Shown here: positions 17,705-26,994 of the stretch, piece by piece | How the letters are laid out: every line of letters starts with the position of its first letter | Position numbering within the stretch: position 1 is the stretch's first letter | Assembly (NCBI GenBank): GCA_017307915.1 | Contig: JAFKGG010000364.1 | Location: 9,980-73,979 of the forward strand | Length of the DNA stretch: 64,000 nt | Source: Burkholderiales bacterium | GTDB taxonomy: Bacteria > Pseudomonadota > Gammaproteobacteria > Burkholderiales > Burkholderiaceae_E | Reading direction: 5' to 3' | Program-made: the position numbers and the translations under genes | Notes under the pieces: generated by a model | Database searches by the model: none | What the model was told of the DNA's origin: nothing | What the model saw: the letters and a program-made list of their open reading frames with translations, nothing else

Positions 17705-18961
17705 TCACTGATAGCCTTTGGGGAACGGATCGGGCTCGATCAGGTTCGGCGATTCGGCCACCACCTTGAACTGCCCGTCGGGCTGCGCCAGGCCGATGCG
17801 TGTCTTGCTCCACAAGTGATGATTCTTGTGGACCTTCACGTAGCCCTCGGGCGCATCCTTGAACTCGATGTCGGGCGAGGCTGCGGCCACCTTGTCGATG
17901 TCGAAGCTGCCGGCCTTTTCCACCGTGAGCTTCCACAGCCAAGGCCCGAGATAAGCGGCCTGCGTCACGTCGCCGATCACCGCCTTCGGCCCATACTTCG
18001 CCTTGAAGGCGTCGACGAACTTCTTGTTGTTCGCGTTGTCCAGCGATTGGAAATACTTCATCGCCGCGTAGAAGCCCTGGATGTTCTCGCCGCCGATGCC
18101 CAGCACCTCGTCTTCGGTCACCGAGATGGTCAGCAGGAATTGCTTGTCGGACGTGAGACCGGCCGCCTTCAACTGCTTGTAGAACGCCACGTTCGAGCCG
18201 CCCACCACGATCGCGTAGATGCAATCGGGCTTGGCGATCTTGATCTTGTTGATCAGCGAGTTGAAGTTGGTATGGCCCAGCGGGTAGTACTCTTCACCGA
18301 CCACCTTGCCCTTCAGGAAGTTCTCGACGTGCTTGCGCGCGATCTTGTTCGAGGTGCGCGGCCAGATGTAATCCGAGCCGATCAGGAAGAAGGACTTGGC
18401 TTTCTTCTCCTTGGCGGCCCAGTCCAGCCCCCAGATGATCTGCTGCGTGGCTTCCTGGCCGGTGTAGATCACGTTCTTGGACTGTTCCAGACCTTCGTAG
18501 AAGGTCGGGTAGTACAGCATCCCGTTTTCCTTCTCGAAGATCGGCAACACGGCCTTGCGCGAGGCTGAGGTCCAGCAGCCGAACACCGCCGCCACCCGGT
18601 CGTTGACCAGCAGCTTCTTCGACTTCTCGGCGAAGGTCGGCCAATCCGACGCGCCGTCTTCCTTGATCACCTTGATTCGGCGGCCCAGCACGCCGCCGGC
18701 GGCGTTGATCTGGTCGATGGCGAGCTGCTCGGCCTGGATCGAGCCGGTTTCCGAGATCGCCATCGTGCCAGTGGCCGAATGCAGCTGGCCCACCGTCACT
18801 TCGGTATCGGTCACGGCCAGCTTGGTCGTGTTCACCTTGGCGGTGGGAAACTGCTGCGCCAGTGCCAGGCTGGACAGCCCGGCCAGCGGGACAACAGACA
18901 AGCCCTGCACCAGCCGGCGGCGGTGGGCGAAGAACGGATCGTGCGGATCGGACGGGTTCAT
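17705..18961 (-). CDS. urtA: Urea/short-chain amide ABC transporter substrate-binding protein (UrtA/FmdD-like)
   Basis: Twin-Arg-like RRRLVQG leader, LHSATGTMAISE, FGCWTSASRKAV, YPTFYEGLE, GSDYIWPR. Confidence 0.94.
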   Translation of the reverse strand: MNPSDPHDPFFAHRRRLVQGLSVVPLAGLSSLALAQQFPTAKVNTTKLAVTDTEVTVGQLHSATGTMAISETGSIQAEQLAIDQINAAGGVLGRRIKVIKEDGASDWPTFAEKSKKLLVNDRVAAVFGCWTSASRKAVLPIFEKENGMLYYPTFYEGLEQSKNVIYTGQEATQQIIWGLDWAAKEKKAKSFFLIGSDYIWPRTSNKIARKHVENFLKGKVVGEEYYPLGHTNFNSLINKIKIAKPDCIYAIVVGGSNVAFYKQLKAAGLTSDKQFLLTISVTEDEVLGIGGENIQGFYAAMKYFQSLDNANNKKFVDAFKAKYGPKAVIGDVTQAAYLGPWLWKLTVEKAGSFDIDKVAAASPDIEFKDAPEGYVKVHKNHHLWSKTRIGLAQPDGQFKVVAESPNLIEPDPFPKGYQ

Positions 18962-19058
18962 CTCGTATCTCCGGAAGCGGCGGCGTGGCCGTATGAGGTC
19001 GATGGATGGCGGCTCGGTTGTTGCAATGCATCATGCGGATCGCCGCCGCCGCGCGAAA

Positions 19059-19074
19059 TACGTCAATTGACGTA
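19059..19074. promoter_or_regulatory. Perfect 16-bp palindrome, probable operator in the urtA / sensor-kinase divergent region
   Basis: TACGTCAATTGACGTA, about 100 bp upstream of urtA ATG. Confidence 0.7.
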
Positions 19075-19244
19075 CTGCGCGGTGCGCACCGCGCTCGCAC
19101 AATCGCGAAGCCAAGTCATCGAAGGCGGGGCGGTCGGCTGCTGCGCTGACGGTGCGCATGCGGCAGTAGCAGCCTTGTCGCACTGCGTCAGGCATGGGCC
19201 TTGCGTGCCCTGCGGCCGCAACGAACCCTCAACAGGTGCGATGA

Positions 19245-22200
19245 ATGGATGCGCCGCTCGACCGCTCCAGACCGGTGCAGCGGATCATCAAGATCCGCCG
19301 CGACTACAACCGCTGGGTTGCCGACGAAACGCTCGAAGACTATGCGCTGCGTTTCACGCCGCGCAGCTTCCGCAAGTGGAGCCCCTTTCGCGTCGCCAAC
19401 ACGGCGTTCGGCGCAGTTTCGTTCCTGGCGCTGGAAGCGATCGGCGCAACCATTACGCTGAGCTACGGTTTCACCAACGCGATGTGGGCGATCGCCGTGG
19501 TGAGCCTGGTGATCTTCCTGACCGGCCTGCCGATCGCCTATCGCGCGGCGCGCCACGGGCTCGACATGGACCTGCTGGCGCGCGGCGCCGGCTTCGGCTA
19601 CCTGGGCTCGACCATCACCTCGCTGATCTACGCCAGCTTCACGTTCATCTTCTTCGCGCTCGAAGCGGCGATCATGGCGCAGGCCTTCGAGCTGTGGTTC
19701 GACGTGCCGCGCCCGGTGGGCTATCTGCTGAGCGCGCTGGCGGTGATCCCGCTGGTCACGCACGGCATCACGCTGATCTCGCGGCTGCAGCTCTGGACGC
19801 AGCCGCTGTGGCTGGTACTGATGCTGCTGCCGTTCATCGCGGTGGCCGTGAAGGATCCCGGCGCATTCGCTGAATTCGCGTCGCTGAACGGCCGCAGCGA
19901 TGAAGGCGACGGTTTTTCGTGGGTGGCGTTCGGCGCGGCCTCGGCCGTAGCCGCGGCGCTGATCGGGCAGATCGGCGAACAGGTCGATTTCCTGCGTTTC
20001 ATGCCCGAGCGCACGCCGAGTAACCGCTGGCGCTGGTGGCTGGCAGTGATCGTCGCCGGCCCGGGATGGATCGTGCCCGGCGCGCTGAAGATGGCGGGCG
20101 GCGCGCTGCTCGCATTCCTGGCCCTGCAGCACGAAATACCGGTGGAACGCGCGATCGAGCCGACGCAGATGTACCTGACCGGCTTCGAATACGCGGTCGG
20201 GCCCGGTACGGCGGCGGTGCTGCTCACCGGCATCTTCGTCATCGTGTCGCAGATCAAGATCAACGTGACCAACGCCTACGCCGGGTCGCTGGCCTGGTCG
20301 AACTTCTTCGCGCGACTTACGCACAGCCACCCGGGCCGCGTCGTCTGGCTCGGCTTCAATGTGCTGATCGCCGTCATGCTGATGGCGATGGGCGTATTCG
20401 AAGCCCTGGAGAAAGTGCTCGGTCTGTATGCGCACCTGGCGGTGGCCTGGGTCGGCGCGCTGGTCGCCGATCTGGTCATCAGCAAGCCGCTGGGGCTGTC
20501 GCCGCAGCGCATCGAGTTTCGCCGCGCTTATCTGTTCGACATCAATCCATCGGGCTTCGGTGCCATGCTGCTCGGGTCGAGCCTGTCGATCGCCGCCTAT
20601 GCCGGCCTGTTCGGCGACGCGCTGCAGGCAGCCTCGACCGCCATCGCGCTGGGCGTGCCGCTGCTGGCCGCGCCGCTGATCGCGTTGGCAACCGGCGGAC
20701 GCTGGTCGATCGCGCGCACGCCTACCGATTTCGGCGCCCGTCATCGCAGCCTGCGCTGCGTCGTCTGCCGCAACCGCTTCGAGGCCGACGACATGGCCGG
20801 CTGCCCGGCTTACGACGGCGCCATCTGCTCGCTGTGCTGCACGCTGGAAGCGCGCTGCGGCGATCGCTGCAAACCCGACACGCAGGCTTCCGAACGACTG
20901 GCGCGACTGCTGACGCGCTGGTTGCCGGCGGGCGCCACGCCGGCCATGCTGCGGCGAATCGGCCAGTTCGCATTGGTGCTGGGCGGGATGGTTACCGTGT
21001 TCAGCGCGATACTGTGGCTGCTATACGCGCAGGAACGGCTGCATCTGGAAGCCGATGCCGCGCTGCGCGTCGGCGATCTCGGCGCGATGTTCGTCAAGGT
21101 CTTCGCCGGCCTGCTGCTGCTGGCCGCGGTAGCCGCCTGGTGGCTGGTGCTGGTCAATGAAAGCCGGCGCGTGGCACAGCAGGAATCCGACCGGCAGAAC
21201 CTGTTGCTGCAAAGAGAGATCGACGCACACCGCCGCACCGATGCGCTGCTGCAGCGGGCCAAGGAGCTGGCCGAAAGCGCCAACCTGGCCAAGAGCCGCT
21301 TTCTCACCGGCATGAGCCATGAGATGCGCGCGCCGCTGAACAGCATCCTCGGCTATTCACAGCTACTGCTGCGCGACAAGACGGTGGCAAGCGGCGCGCG
21401 TGAATCGATCGACACCATCCATCGCAGCGGCCAGCACCTGGCCAGCCTGGTCGACGGCTTGCTCGAACTGTCGCGCATCGAAGCCGGCAAGTTGCGCATC
21501 GAGCAGCAACCGCTCGACTTGAACGACTTCTTCGCACAGATCGTGCGCATGTTCGAGCCGCTGGCGCGCGACAATGGCCTGTCGTTCCGCTACGAGCTGG
21601 CCGGCACCTTGCCGGCGCGCGTCAACGCCGATCCCAAGCGCCTGCGGCAGATCCTGATCAACCTGTTGGGCAATGCGATCAAGTTCACCGAACGCGGCGG
21701 CGTCTCGCTGCGCGTGCGCTATCAGCGCGAGATCGCACACATCGAAGTGGCCGACACCGGCGTGGGCATCGCCGATGCCGACCAGCCGCGCGTATTTCAG
21801 CCGTTCGAGCGGCTGTCGAATCGACCCGGCGTCGAAGGCATGGGCCTGGGGTTGACGATCACGCGGCTGCTGGTCGACCTGATGGGTGGCGACATCCGTT
21901 TGTGGAGCCGGCCCGGCGAGGGCAGCCGCTTCACCGTTCGCGTCTATCTGCCGATGTTGCCGTCGGTGAGTCTGGCGCCGCCCGAGCGCGAAATCATCGG
22001 CTACGCCGGAGCAAGGCGCGAACTGCTGGTGGTCGACGATGATCTCGATCACCGGGCGCTGATGCGCGCACGGCTCGAACCGCTGGGCTTTGCGATCAGC
22101 GAAGCCGGCAACGGCACCGCCTGCCTGGCGGCGTTGGCGCGGCAGCGGCCCGACCTGGTGCTGCTCGACATCGGCCTGCCCGACATGAGCGGCTGGGAGG

Positions 22201-22655
22201 TTTGCGAGCGGCTGCACGAGCAGGGCGCGACGGCAGCGCAACGCCCGCCGGCCATTGTCATCGTATCGGCCAACGTGCACGAGAACAACGAGGCGCAGCG
22301 CGCCCGGTTCAGCGTGCACGGCTTCATCGCCAAACCGGTCAGCGAACGCGATCTGTTCGATGCGATCCAGCAGGCGCTGAGGCTGCAGTGGCGGCGCGCG
22401 GCGCCCGAGGCGGCATCGGCGGCCCTGGCCGAGCAGGCGCAGACCAGCCCGGTGTCACCCGACGTGGCACGCGAACTGCTGGCCTTGTCGGCCGGCGGCT
22501 ATCCGCGCGCGCTGCGTGCACGCCTCGACGAACTGGGCGAAGAATCAGTGGCCGCCGCGACCTGGGTGGCCCGCCTGATCCCGCTGCTGGAAACCGACCG
22601 TGACCGCCTGCACGCCGCCTTGAACGACATCCTGCATGAACGAACCCGTGCCTGA
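19245..22655 (+). CDS. Hybrid sensor histidine kinase with N-terminal NCS1/APC-like permease domain, 8-Cys motif, HisKA, HATPase and REC
   Basis: DETLEDYALRFTP start, about 12 TM segments, SQIKINVTNAYAGSLAWSNFF; CxxC...C...CxxCC...C...C; SHEMRAPLN, NLLGNAIKFT, DTGVGI, GMGLGL; REC DD...D...K. Confidence 0.9.
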   Translation: MDAPLDRSRPVQRIIKIRRDYNRWVADETLEDYALRFTPRSFRKWSPFRVANTAFGAVSFLALEAIGATITLSYGFTNAMWAIAVVSLVIFLTGLPIAYRAARHGLDMDLLARGAGFGYLGSTITSLIYASFTFIFFALEAAIMAQAFELWFDVPRPVGYLLSALAVIPLVTHGITLISRLQLWTQPLWLVLMLLPFIAVAVKDPGAFAEFASLNGRSDEGDGFSWVAFGAASAVAAALIGQIGEQVDFLRFMPERTPSNRWRWWLAVIVAGPGWIVPGALKMAGGALLAFLALQHEIPVERAIEPTQMYLTGFEYAVGPGTAAVLLTGIFVIVSQIKINVTNAYAGSLAWSNFFARLTHSHPGRVVWLGFNVLIAVMLMAMGVFEALEKVLGLYAHLAVAWVGALVADLVISKPLGLSPQRIEFRRAYLFDINPSGFGAMLLGSSLSIAAYAGLFGDALQAASTAIALGVPLLAAPLIALATGGRWSIARTPTDFGARHRSLRCVVCRNRFEADDMAGCPAYDGAICSLCCTLEARCGDRCKPDTQASERLARLLTRWLPAGATPAMLRRIGQFALVLGGMVTVFSAILWLLYAQERLHLEADAALRVGDLGAMFVKVFAGLLLLAAVAAWWLVLVNESRRVAQQESDRQNLLLQREIDAHRRTDALLQRAKELAESANLAKSRFLTGMSHEMRAPLNSILGYSQLLLRDKTVASGARESIDTIHRSGQHLASLVDGLLELSRIEAGKLRIEQQPLDLNDFFAQIVRMFEPLARDNGLSFRYELAGTLPARVNADPKRLRQILINLLGNAIKFTERGGVSLRVRYQREIAHIEVADTGVGIADADQPRVFQPFERLSNRPGVEGMGLGLTITRLLVDLMGGDIRLWSRPGEGSRFTVRVYLPMLPSVSLAPPEREIIGYAGARRELLVVDDDLDHRALMRARLEPLGFAISEAGNGTACLAALARQRPDLVLLDIGLPDMSGWEVCERLHEQGATAAQRPPAIVIVSANVHENNEAQRARFSVHGFIAKPVSERDLFDAIQQALRLQWRRAAPEAASAALAEQAQTSPVSPDVARELLALSAGGYPRALRARLDELGEESVAAATWVARLIPLLETDRDRLHAALNDILHERTRA

Positions 22656-23445
22656 ACCGAACGCCGCATCGCGGCACAGCGGCGCGCAAAGCCCGGAGCG
22701 CGCGCTCGACGTATTGGTCGTCGACGACTGCGCCGACAGCCGCGAGCTGCTGCGCCGCGAGCTCGAAGCCACCGGCATGCGCGTGCGCACGGCCGCCGAC
22801 GGCGCAACCGCATTGCGCGAAATCGAACGCGAGCGGCCCGAGGCGCTACTGCTCGACGTGCTGATGCCCGGCCTCGACGGCTTCCAGACCTGCGAACGGC
22901 TGCGCCGCAGCGACGCCGAGCTGCCGGTCGTGTTCATGACCGGGCTGGGCGAAACCGAACACATCGTGCGTGGCTTCGAAGCCGGCGCCAACGACTATGT
23001 GACCAAGCCGGTTTCGATCCCGGAGGTGATCGCGCGCCTGGCCTCGCACGCACGCACTGCGCGCCTGGTGCGAGCCACGCGCGAAGCGCTGCATGCCGAA
23101 GACCGCGCCCTGCTCGAACTCGCGGCACGGCACGGCGCCGAGCGCGATACCGGCCTGTACGTCGTGCCGGCGAGTGGTGCGACCGGCGTAGGTGCGACCG
23201 GCGTAGGTGCGGCCGCCGTCGGCGACGGTGACGCGCCGGCCGCGGCACTGCCGATACCGCTCACCGCACGCGAAAGCGAAGTGCTGCTGTGGGTGGCGCG
23301 CGGCAAGACCAACCGCGACATCGCCGAGATCCTCGGCATGAGCCCGCGCACCGTCAACAAGCACCTGGAACACGTGTTCGAGAAACTCGGCGTGGAAACC
23401 CGCACGGCCGCCGCGGCGGCAGCGCGGCGGCTGAAGCTGGCGTGA
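22636..23445 (+). CDS. Response regulator (REC + LuxR/NarL-type HTH)
   Basis: VVDD...LLDVLMPGLDG...VTKP; LTARESEVLLWVARGKTNRDIAEILGMSPRTVNKHLEHVFEKLGV. Confidence 0.92.
   Translation: MNEPVPEPNAASRHSGAQSPERALDVLVVDDCADSRELLRRELEATGMRVRTAADGATALREIERERPEALLLDVLMPGLDGFQTCERLRRSDAELPVVFMTGLGETEHIVRGFEAGANDYVTKPVSIPEVIARLASHARTARLVRATREALHAEDRALLELAARHGAERDTGLYVVPASGATGVGATGVGAAAVGDGDAPAAALPIPLTARESEVLLWVARGKTNRDIAEILGMSPRTVNKHLEHVFEKLGVETRTAAAAAARRLKLA
23176..23220 (+). repeat. In-frame 15-bp tandem repeat in the response-regulator linker
   Basis: GGTGCGACCGGCGTA x2 + GGTGCGGCCGCCGTC, encoding GATGV-GATGV-GAAAV. Confidence 0.9.
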
Positions 23446-23461
23446 TGGGCGCTTTCCCGGC

Positions 23462-24715
23462 TCAGATCACGCCGCCATCGCGCAGCCGCGCCCGCGCCTG
23501 CTCGTCGAGCCCCAGCAGCTCGCCCAGCACGCGGTCGGTATGCTCGCCGAGCAGCGGCGGCCCCTTGTCGTGGCGCACCGGCGTGGCCGAGAGCCGCAGC
23601 GGGCTGCGCACGCTCGGGCTGGTGCTGCCGTCAGCGCGCGGCAGATCCATGCGCAGGCCGCGGTGAATCACCTGCGGTTCTTGCAGCACTTGCGAATAAT
23701 CGTTGATCGGCCCGCAGGGCACGCCTTCGCGTTCCAGCGCGGCGGTCCAGTGCGCCGTCGGCTGCGTGCGCAGATGCGCGGCAATGTCGGGAATCAGCGC
23801 GTCGCGATTCTGCGTACGGCCGCTGGTCTTGGCGAAGCGCGCGTCGGCCGCCAGATCGGCCCGCCCCAGCGCACGGCAGCAGCCCTGCCATTGCGAATCG
23901 TTGCCCACCGCCAGGATCATGTAGCCATCGGCGGTGGCGAACACGTTGTACGGCGTCACGTTCGCGTGCGCATTGCCGTAGCGCTGCGGCACCTTGCCGC
24001 TGACCATGTACGAGACGAACTGGTTGGCGCCGAAGGCCACGATCGTGTCGAGCAGCGCGATGTCGAGCCGCTGGCCTTCGCCGGTGCGCTCGGCATGGCG
24101 CAGCGCGGCCAGGATCGCGACCGTCGCATACATGCCGGTCAGCACGTCGGCCACCGCGATGCCGACCTTCTGCGGGCCGCCGCCGGGCAGGTCATCGCGC
24201 TCGCCGGTGATGCTCATCAGGCCGCCCTGGCCCTGAAAAATGAAGTCGTAGCCGGGCTTGTGCGCCTCGGGCCCGTCCTGGCCATAGCCGGTGATCGAGC
24301 AGTAGATCAGCGCCGGATTGACCTTGCGCAGGCTCTCGTAGTCGAGCCCGTAGCGCGCCAGGTCGCCGACCTTGAAATTCTCGACGAAGATCTGCGAACG
24401 CTTGGCCAGCTCGATCGCGAGCTGCCGGCCTTCGGGCTTGGATACGTCGAGCGTGATCGAGCGTTTGCCGCGATTGGCCGATGCGTAATAGGCCGAATCG
24501 TGCGTCGGCTGGCCCTGTCCGTCGGCCAGCCACGGCGGCCCCCAGCTGCGCGTGTCGTCGCCCACGCCGGGCCGTTCGACCTTGATGATCTCGGCGCCCA
24601 GGTCGCCCAGGTTCTGCGTGCACCAGGGGCCGGCCAGCACGCGCGAGAAATCGAGCACGCGCACGCCGGCCAGCGCGGTCGCCGTGCCAACGGTGGTGGA
24701 GTTGTCGGTCGTCAC
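23462..24715 (-). CDS. Class III CoA-transferase (probable GTG start 24715)
   Basis: DFSRVLAGPWCTQNLGDLGAE, NRGKRS, ENFKVG, GIAVAD. Confidence 0.92.
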   Translation of the reverse strand: MTTDNSTTVGTATALAGVRVLDFSRVLAGPWCTQNLGDLGAEIIKVERPGVGDDTRSWGPPWLADGQGQPTHDSAYYASANRGKRSITLDVSKPEGRQLAIELAKRSQIFVENFKVGDLARYGLDYESLRKVNPALIYCSITGYGQDGPEAHKPGYDFIFQGQGGLMSITGERDDLPGGGPQKVGIAVADVLTGMYATVAILAALRHAERTGEGQRLDIALLDTIVAFGANQFVSYMVSGKVPQRYGNAHANVTPYNVFATADGYMILAVGNDSQWQGCCRALGRADLAADARFAKTSGRTQNRDALIPDIAAHLRTQPTAHWTAALEREGVPCGPINDYSQVLQEPQVIHRGLRMDLPRADGSTSPSVRSPLRLSATPVRHDKGPPLLGEHTDRVLGELLGLDEQARARLRDGGVI

Positions 24716-24858
24716 GTTGAGATTCTTCGGATGAGAGTGAACTGGGTCCGCCGGCGCACGGCGCGGCGCGCTGGCAGGCAAGAGGCCCGGCGCCGCTGTG
24801 CCGGCGCCGGTGTTCGCCGGACCGCATCTTACGCCGCCGGTCCACGCGGCCGTGCCGT

Positions 24859-25434
24859 TCAGAACGGCCGCACGCCGATCAACCAGCCGTGCAGATAGAA
24901 CGCGAACACCGCCCAGGCCAGCGTACCGGCGATCAGCGTCACCACGTCGCCGCCTGGCATACCGGCCGGGTACTGCGTGCCGGCGCGCCGGTCGCGACGC
25001 CGAGCGACGGCAAAATCGGCCACCGCCCAGGCCAGAAAGGCGCCGAACAGCACGAGGTCGGCGAGCCGGCCGTTGGCCAGCAGATGCGCCAGCGCCCACA
25101 GCTTGACGCCGGCCAGCATCGGGTGGCCGATGCGCTGTTTCAGATGATTGCGCGGCACGTAGGCGGCGGCGATCAGGATGAACGACAGCAGCGTCAACAG
25201 CGATGCCAGATGGCGCGTCCACAGCGGCGGCGACCACAGGTCGACCGGCGTCATGCGCGCCTGGCCGTAGCCCCAGACGATCAGCACCAGGCCGGCCAGC
25301 GAAACCAGCGAGTACAGGCCTTTCCAGCCCTTCTCGCCGAGCCGGGCCAACTGCGCGCTGCGCCAGTCGTCGGCCACGATGCGTACCGAATGCACGCCGA
25401 GAAACAGGATCAGACCGATGATGAGCAGGGTCAT
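24859..25434 (-). CDS. NnrU-family membrane protein
   Basis: LILFLGVHS, GWKGLYSLVSLAGL, GHPML.GVKLWALAHLLANG. Confidence 0.88.
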   Translation of the reverse strand: MTLLIIGLILFLGVHSVRIVADDWRSAQLARLGEKGWKGLYSLVSLAGLVLIVWGYGQARMTPVDLWSPPLWTRHLASLLTLLSFILIAAAYVPRNHLKQRIGHPMLAGVKLWALAHLLANGRLADLVLFGAFLAWAVADFAVARRRDRRAGTQYPAGMPGGDVVTLIAGTLAWAVFAFYLHGWLIGVRPF

Positions 25435-25550
25435 GCGAAACTCCAGAGCGGTGCGCAAGCATAGCCGCTGCAGCCGCGCTCGCAAACGCCGGATGCAGTC
25501 GGCTGGACATCCGCCGTCAAGCTGTTTAGCATCGATGAATCCGCAGCACA

Positions 25551-25630
25551 GCGGTTGGCGATCACGGCGCGGCCCGTCGAAGAAGCCACGCGGCATACCC
25601 ACGGCCACTCTCAGATCCAGAGACAGCAGC
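25551..25630 (+). ncRNA. Probable singleton glycine riboswitch (variant) upstream of dadA
   Basis: P1 GCGGUUG/CAGCAGC (6 of 7 pairs), GCGA in place of GAGA, P2 ACGG/CCGU, UCGAAG...ACUCUCAGA with compensatory change, 3' AGAGAC; fitted by eye only. Confidence 0.55.
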
Positions 25631-25689
25631 AAGCGTGCCGCCGCGCGCACGTGTCGCGCCGCCATTGCCGTGGGGATCGGAATGTCTCG

Positions 25690-26994
25690 ATGAAAGCGAT
25701 CGTTCTGGGTGCCGGCGTCATCGGCGTCACATCGGCCTATTTTCTGAACCGGCTCGGCTTCGCCGTCACCGTCGTCGACCGTCAGCTCGAACCCGCCGCC
25801 GAAACCAGTTTCGCCAACGGCGGGCAGATCTCGGTCAGCCATGCCGAGCCCTGGGCCAACCCGGCAGCGCCGCTGAAGCTGCTGAAGTGGCTGACCCGCG
25901 CCGATGCGCCGCTGCTGTTCCGGCCGCGCGCCGACCTGCGGCAATGGCTGTGGTGCCTGGCGTTTCTGCGCGAGTGCACGCCGGCGCGCACGCGCGCCAA
26001 CATCGAACGCATCGTGCGGCTCGGCCTGTACAGCCGCGCCACGCTGCAGGCGCTGCGCCACGCTACCGGCATCCATTACGACGAACGCACGCGCGGCATC
26101 CTGCATTTCTATACCGATCCGGCCGAGTTCGCCGCCGCCGCCGGTCCGGCGCGGCTGATGAGCGACTTCGGCTGCGAGCGCCGCATCGTGTCGGCCGACG
26201 AAGCCGTTGCGATCGAACCCGCGCTGCGCCACGTGCACGCGCAACTGGCCGGCGCCACCTACACCGCCGCCGACGAATCGGGCGACGCGCGCCGGTTCAC
26301 GCGCGAACTGGCCGCGCTGTGCCGCGCCAACGGCGTCGAATTCCTGATGGGTCACCACGTGACCGCACTGCGTGCCGAAGGCGGGCGCCTTGCCCACGTC
26401 GAAGCCACCGATGCCGAGGGCCGCTACGTGAAGCTGACGGCCGACCGCTACGTGCTCGCGCTGGGCAGCTACAGCGCCTTGCTGGCCGCGCCGCTCGGCC
26501 TGCGATTGAAGGTCTATCCAGCCAAGGGCTATTCGGTGACGATGCCGGTGGCCGATGCGTCGCTCGCCTACGACGTTTCGCTCACCGACGACGGCTCGAA
26601 GCTGGTGTTCTCGCGGCTGGGCGATCGCCTGCGCATCGCCGGCACCGCCGAGCTGGCCGGCTATGACCGCTCATTGAACATGATGCGCTGCGAAGCCATC
26701 GTGCGCCGCACGCAGCAGCTGTTCCCCGGCGCCGGCGATACCTCGAAGGTGGAATACTGGAGCGGGCTGCGCCCGACCACGCCGTCGAACGTGCCCTACA
26801 TCGGCGCCACCCGCTATGCCAATCTGTTCCTGAACACCGGCCACGGCACGCTGGGCTGGACGCATGCCTGCGGCTCGGGGCGCGCATTGGCCGATCTGAT
26901 GGCCGGACGCGAGCCGGAAGTGGATGTGCTGCGGCGGGCCGACGGTTCGATCGGCGCCGGGCCAAGCCAGATTCAGCGGCGCGCCAGCACCTGA
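25690..26994 (+). CDS. dadA: D-amino acid dehydrogenase (DadA-like)
   Basis: GAGVIG FAD motif, ETSFANGGQIS, PAKGYSVT, GLRPTTP, NTGHGTLGWT. Confidence 0.92.
   Translation: MKAIVLGAGVIGVTSAYFLNRLGFAVTVVDRQLEPAAETSFANGGQISVSHAEPWANPAAPLKLLKWLTRADAPLLFRPRADLRQWLWCLAFLRECTPARTRANIERIVRLGLYSRATLQALRHATGIHYDERTRGILHFYTDPAEFAAAAGPARLMSDFGCERRIVSADEAVAIEPALRHVHAQLAGATYTAADESGDARRFTRELAALCRANGVEFLMGHHVTALRAEGGRLAHVEATDAEGRYVKLTADRYVLALGSYSALLAAPLGLRLKVYPAKGYSVTMPVADASLAYDVSLTDDGSKLVFSRLGDRLRIAGTAELAGYDRSLNMMRCEAIVRRTQQLFPGAGDTSKVEYWSGLRPTTPSNVPYIGATRYANLFLNTGHGTLGWTHACGSGRALADLMAGREPEVDVLRRADGSIGAGPSQIQRRAST

Noticed and set aside
19015-19045. Possible sigma54 promoter for urtA (TTGCA on the minus strand)
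   Set aside because: The -24 position reads GC rather than the invariant GG at the required 10-nt spacing.
24859-25434. Denitrification or NO-response cluster implied by nnrU
   Set aside because: No nor, nir or nnrR genes nearby; stand-alone NnrU-family genes are common.
23462-26397. ORF-track extensions 23462..25510 (682 aa) and 24859..26397 (512 aa) suggesting fusions
   Set aside because: Upstream parts overlap real genes in other frames or strands; recognisable domains start at GTG 24715 and ATG 25434.
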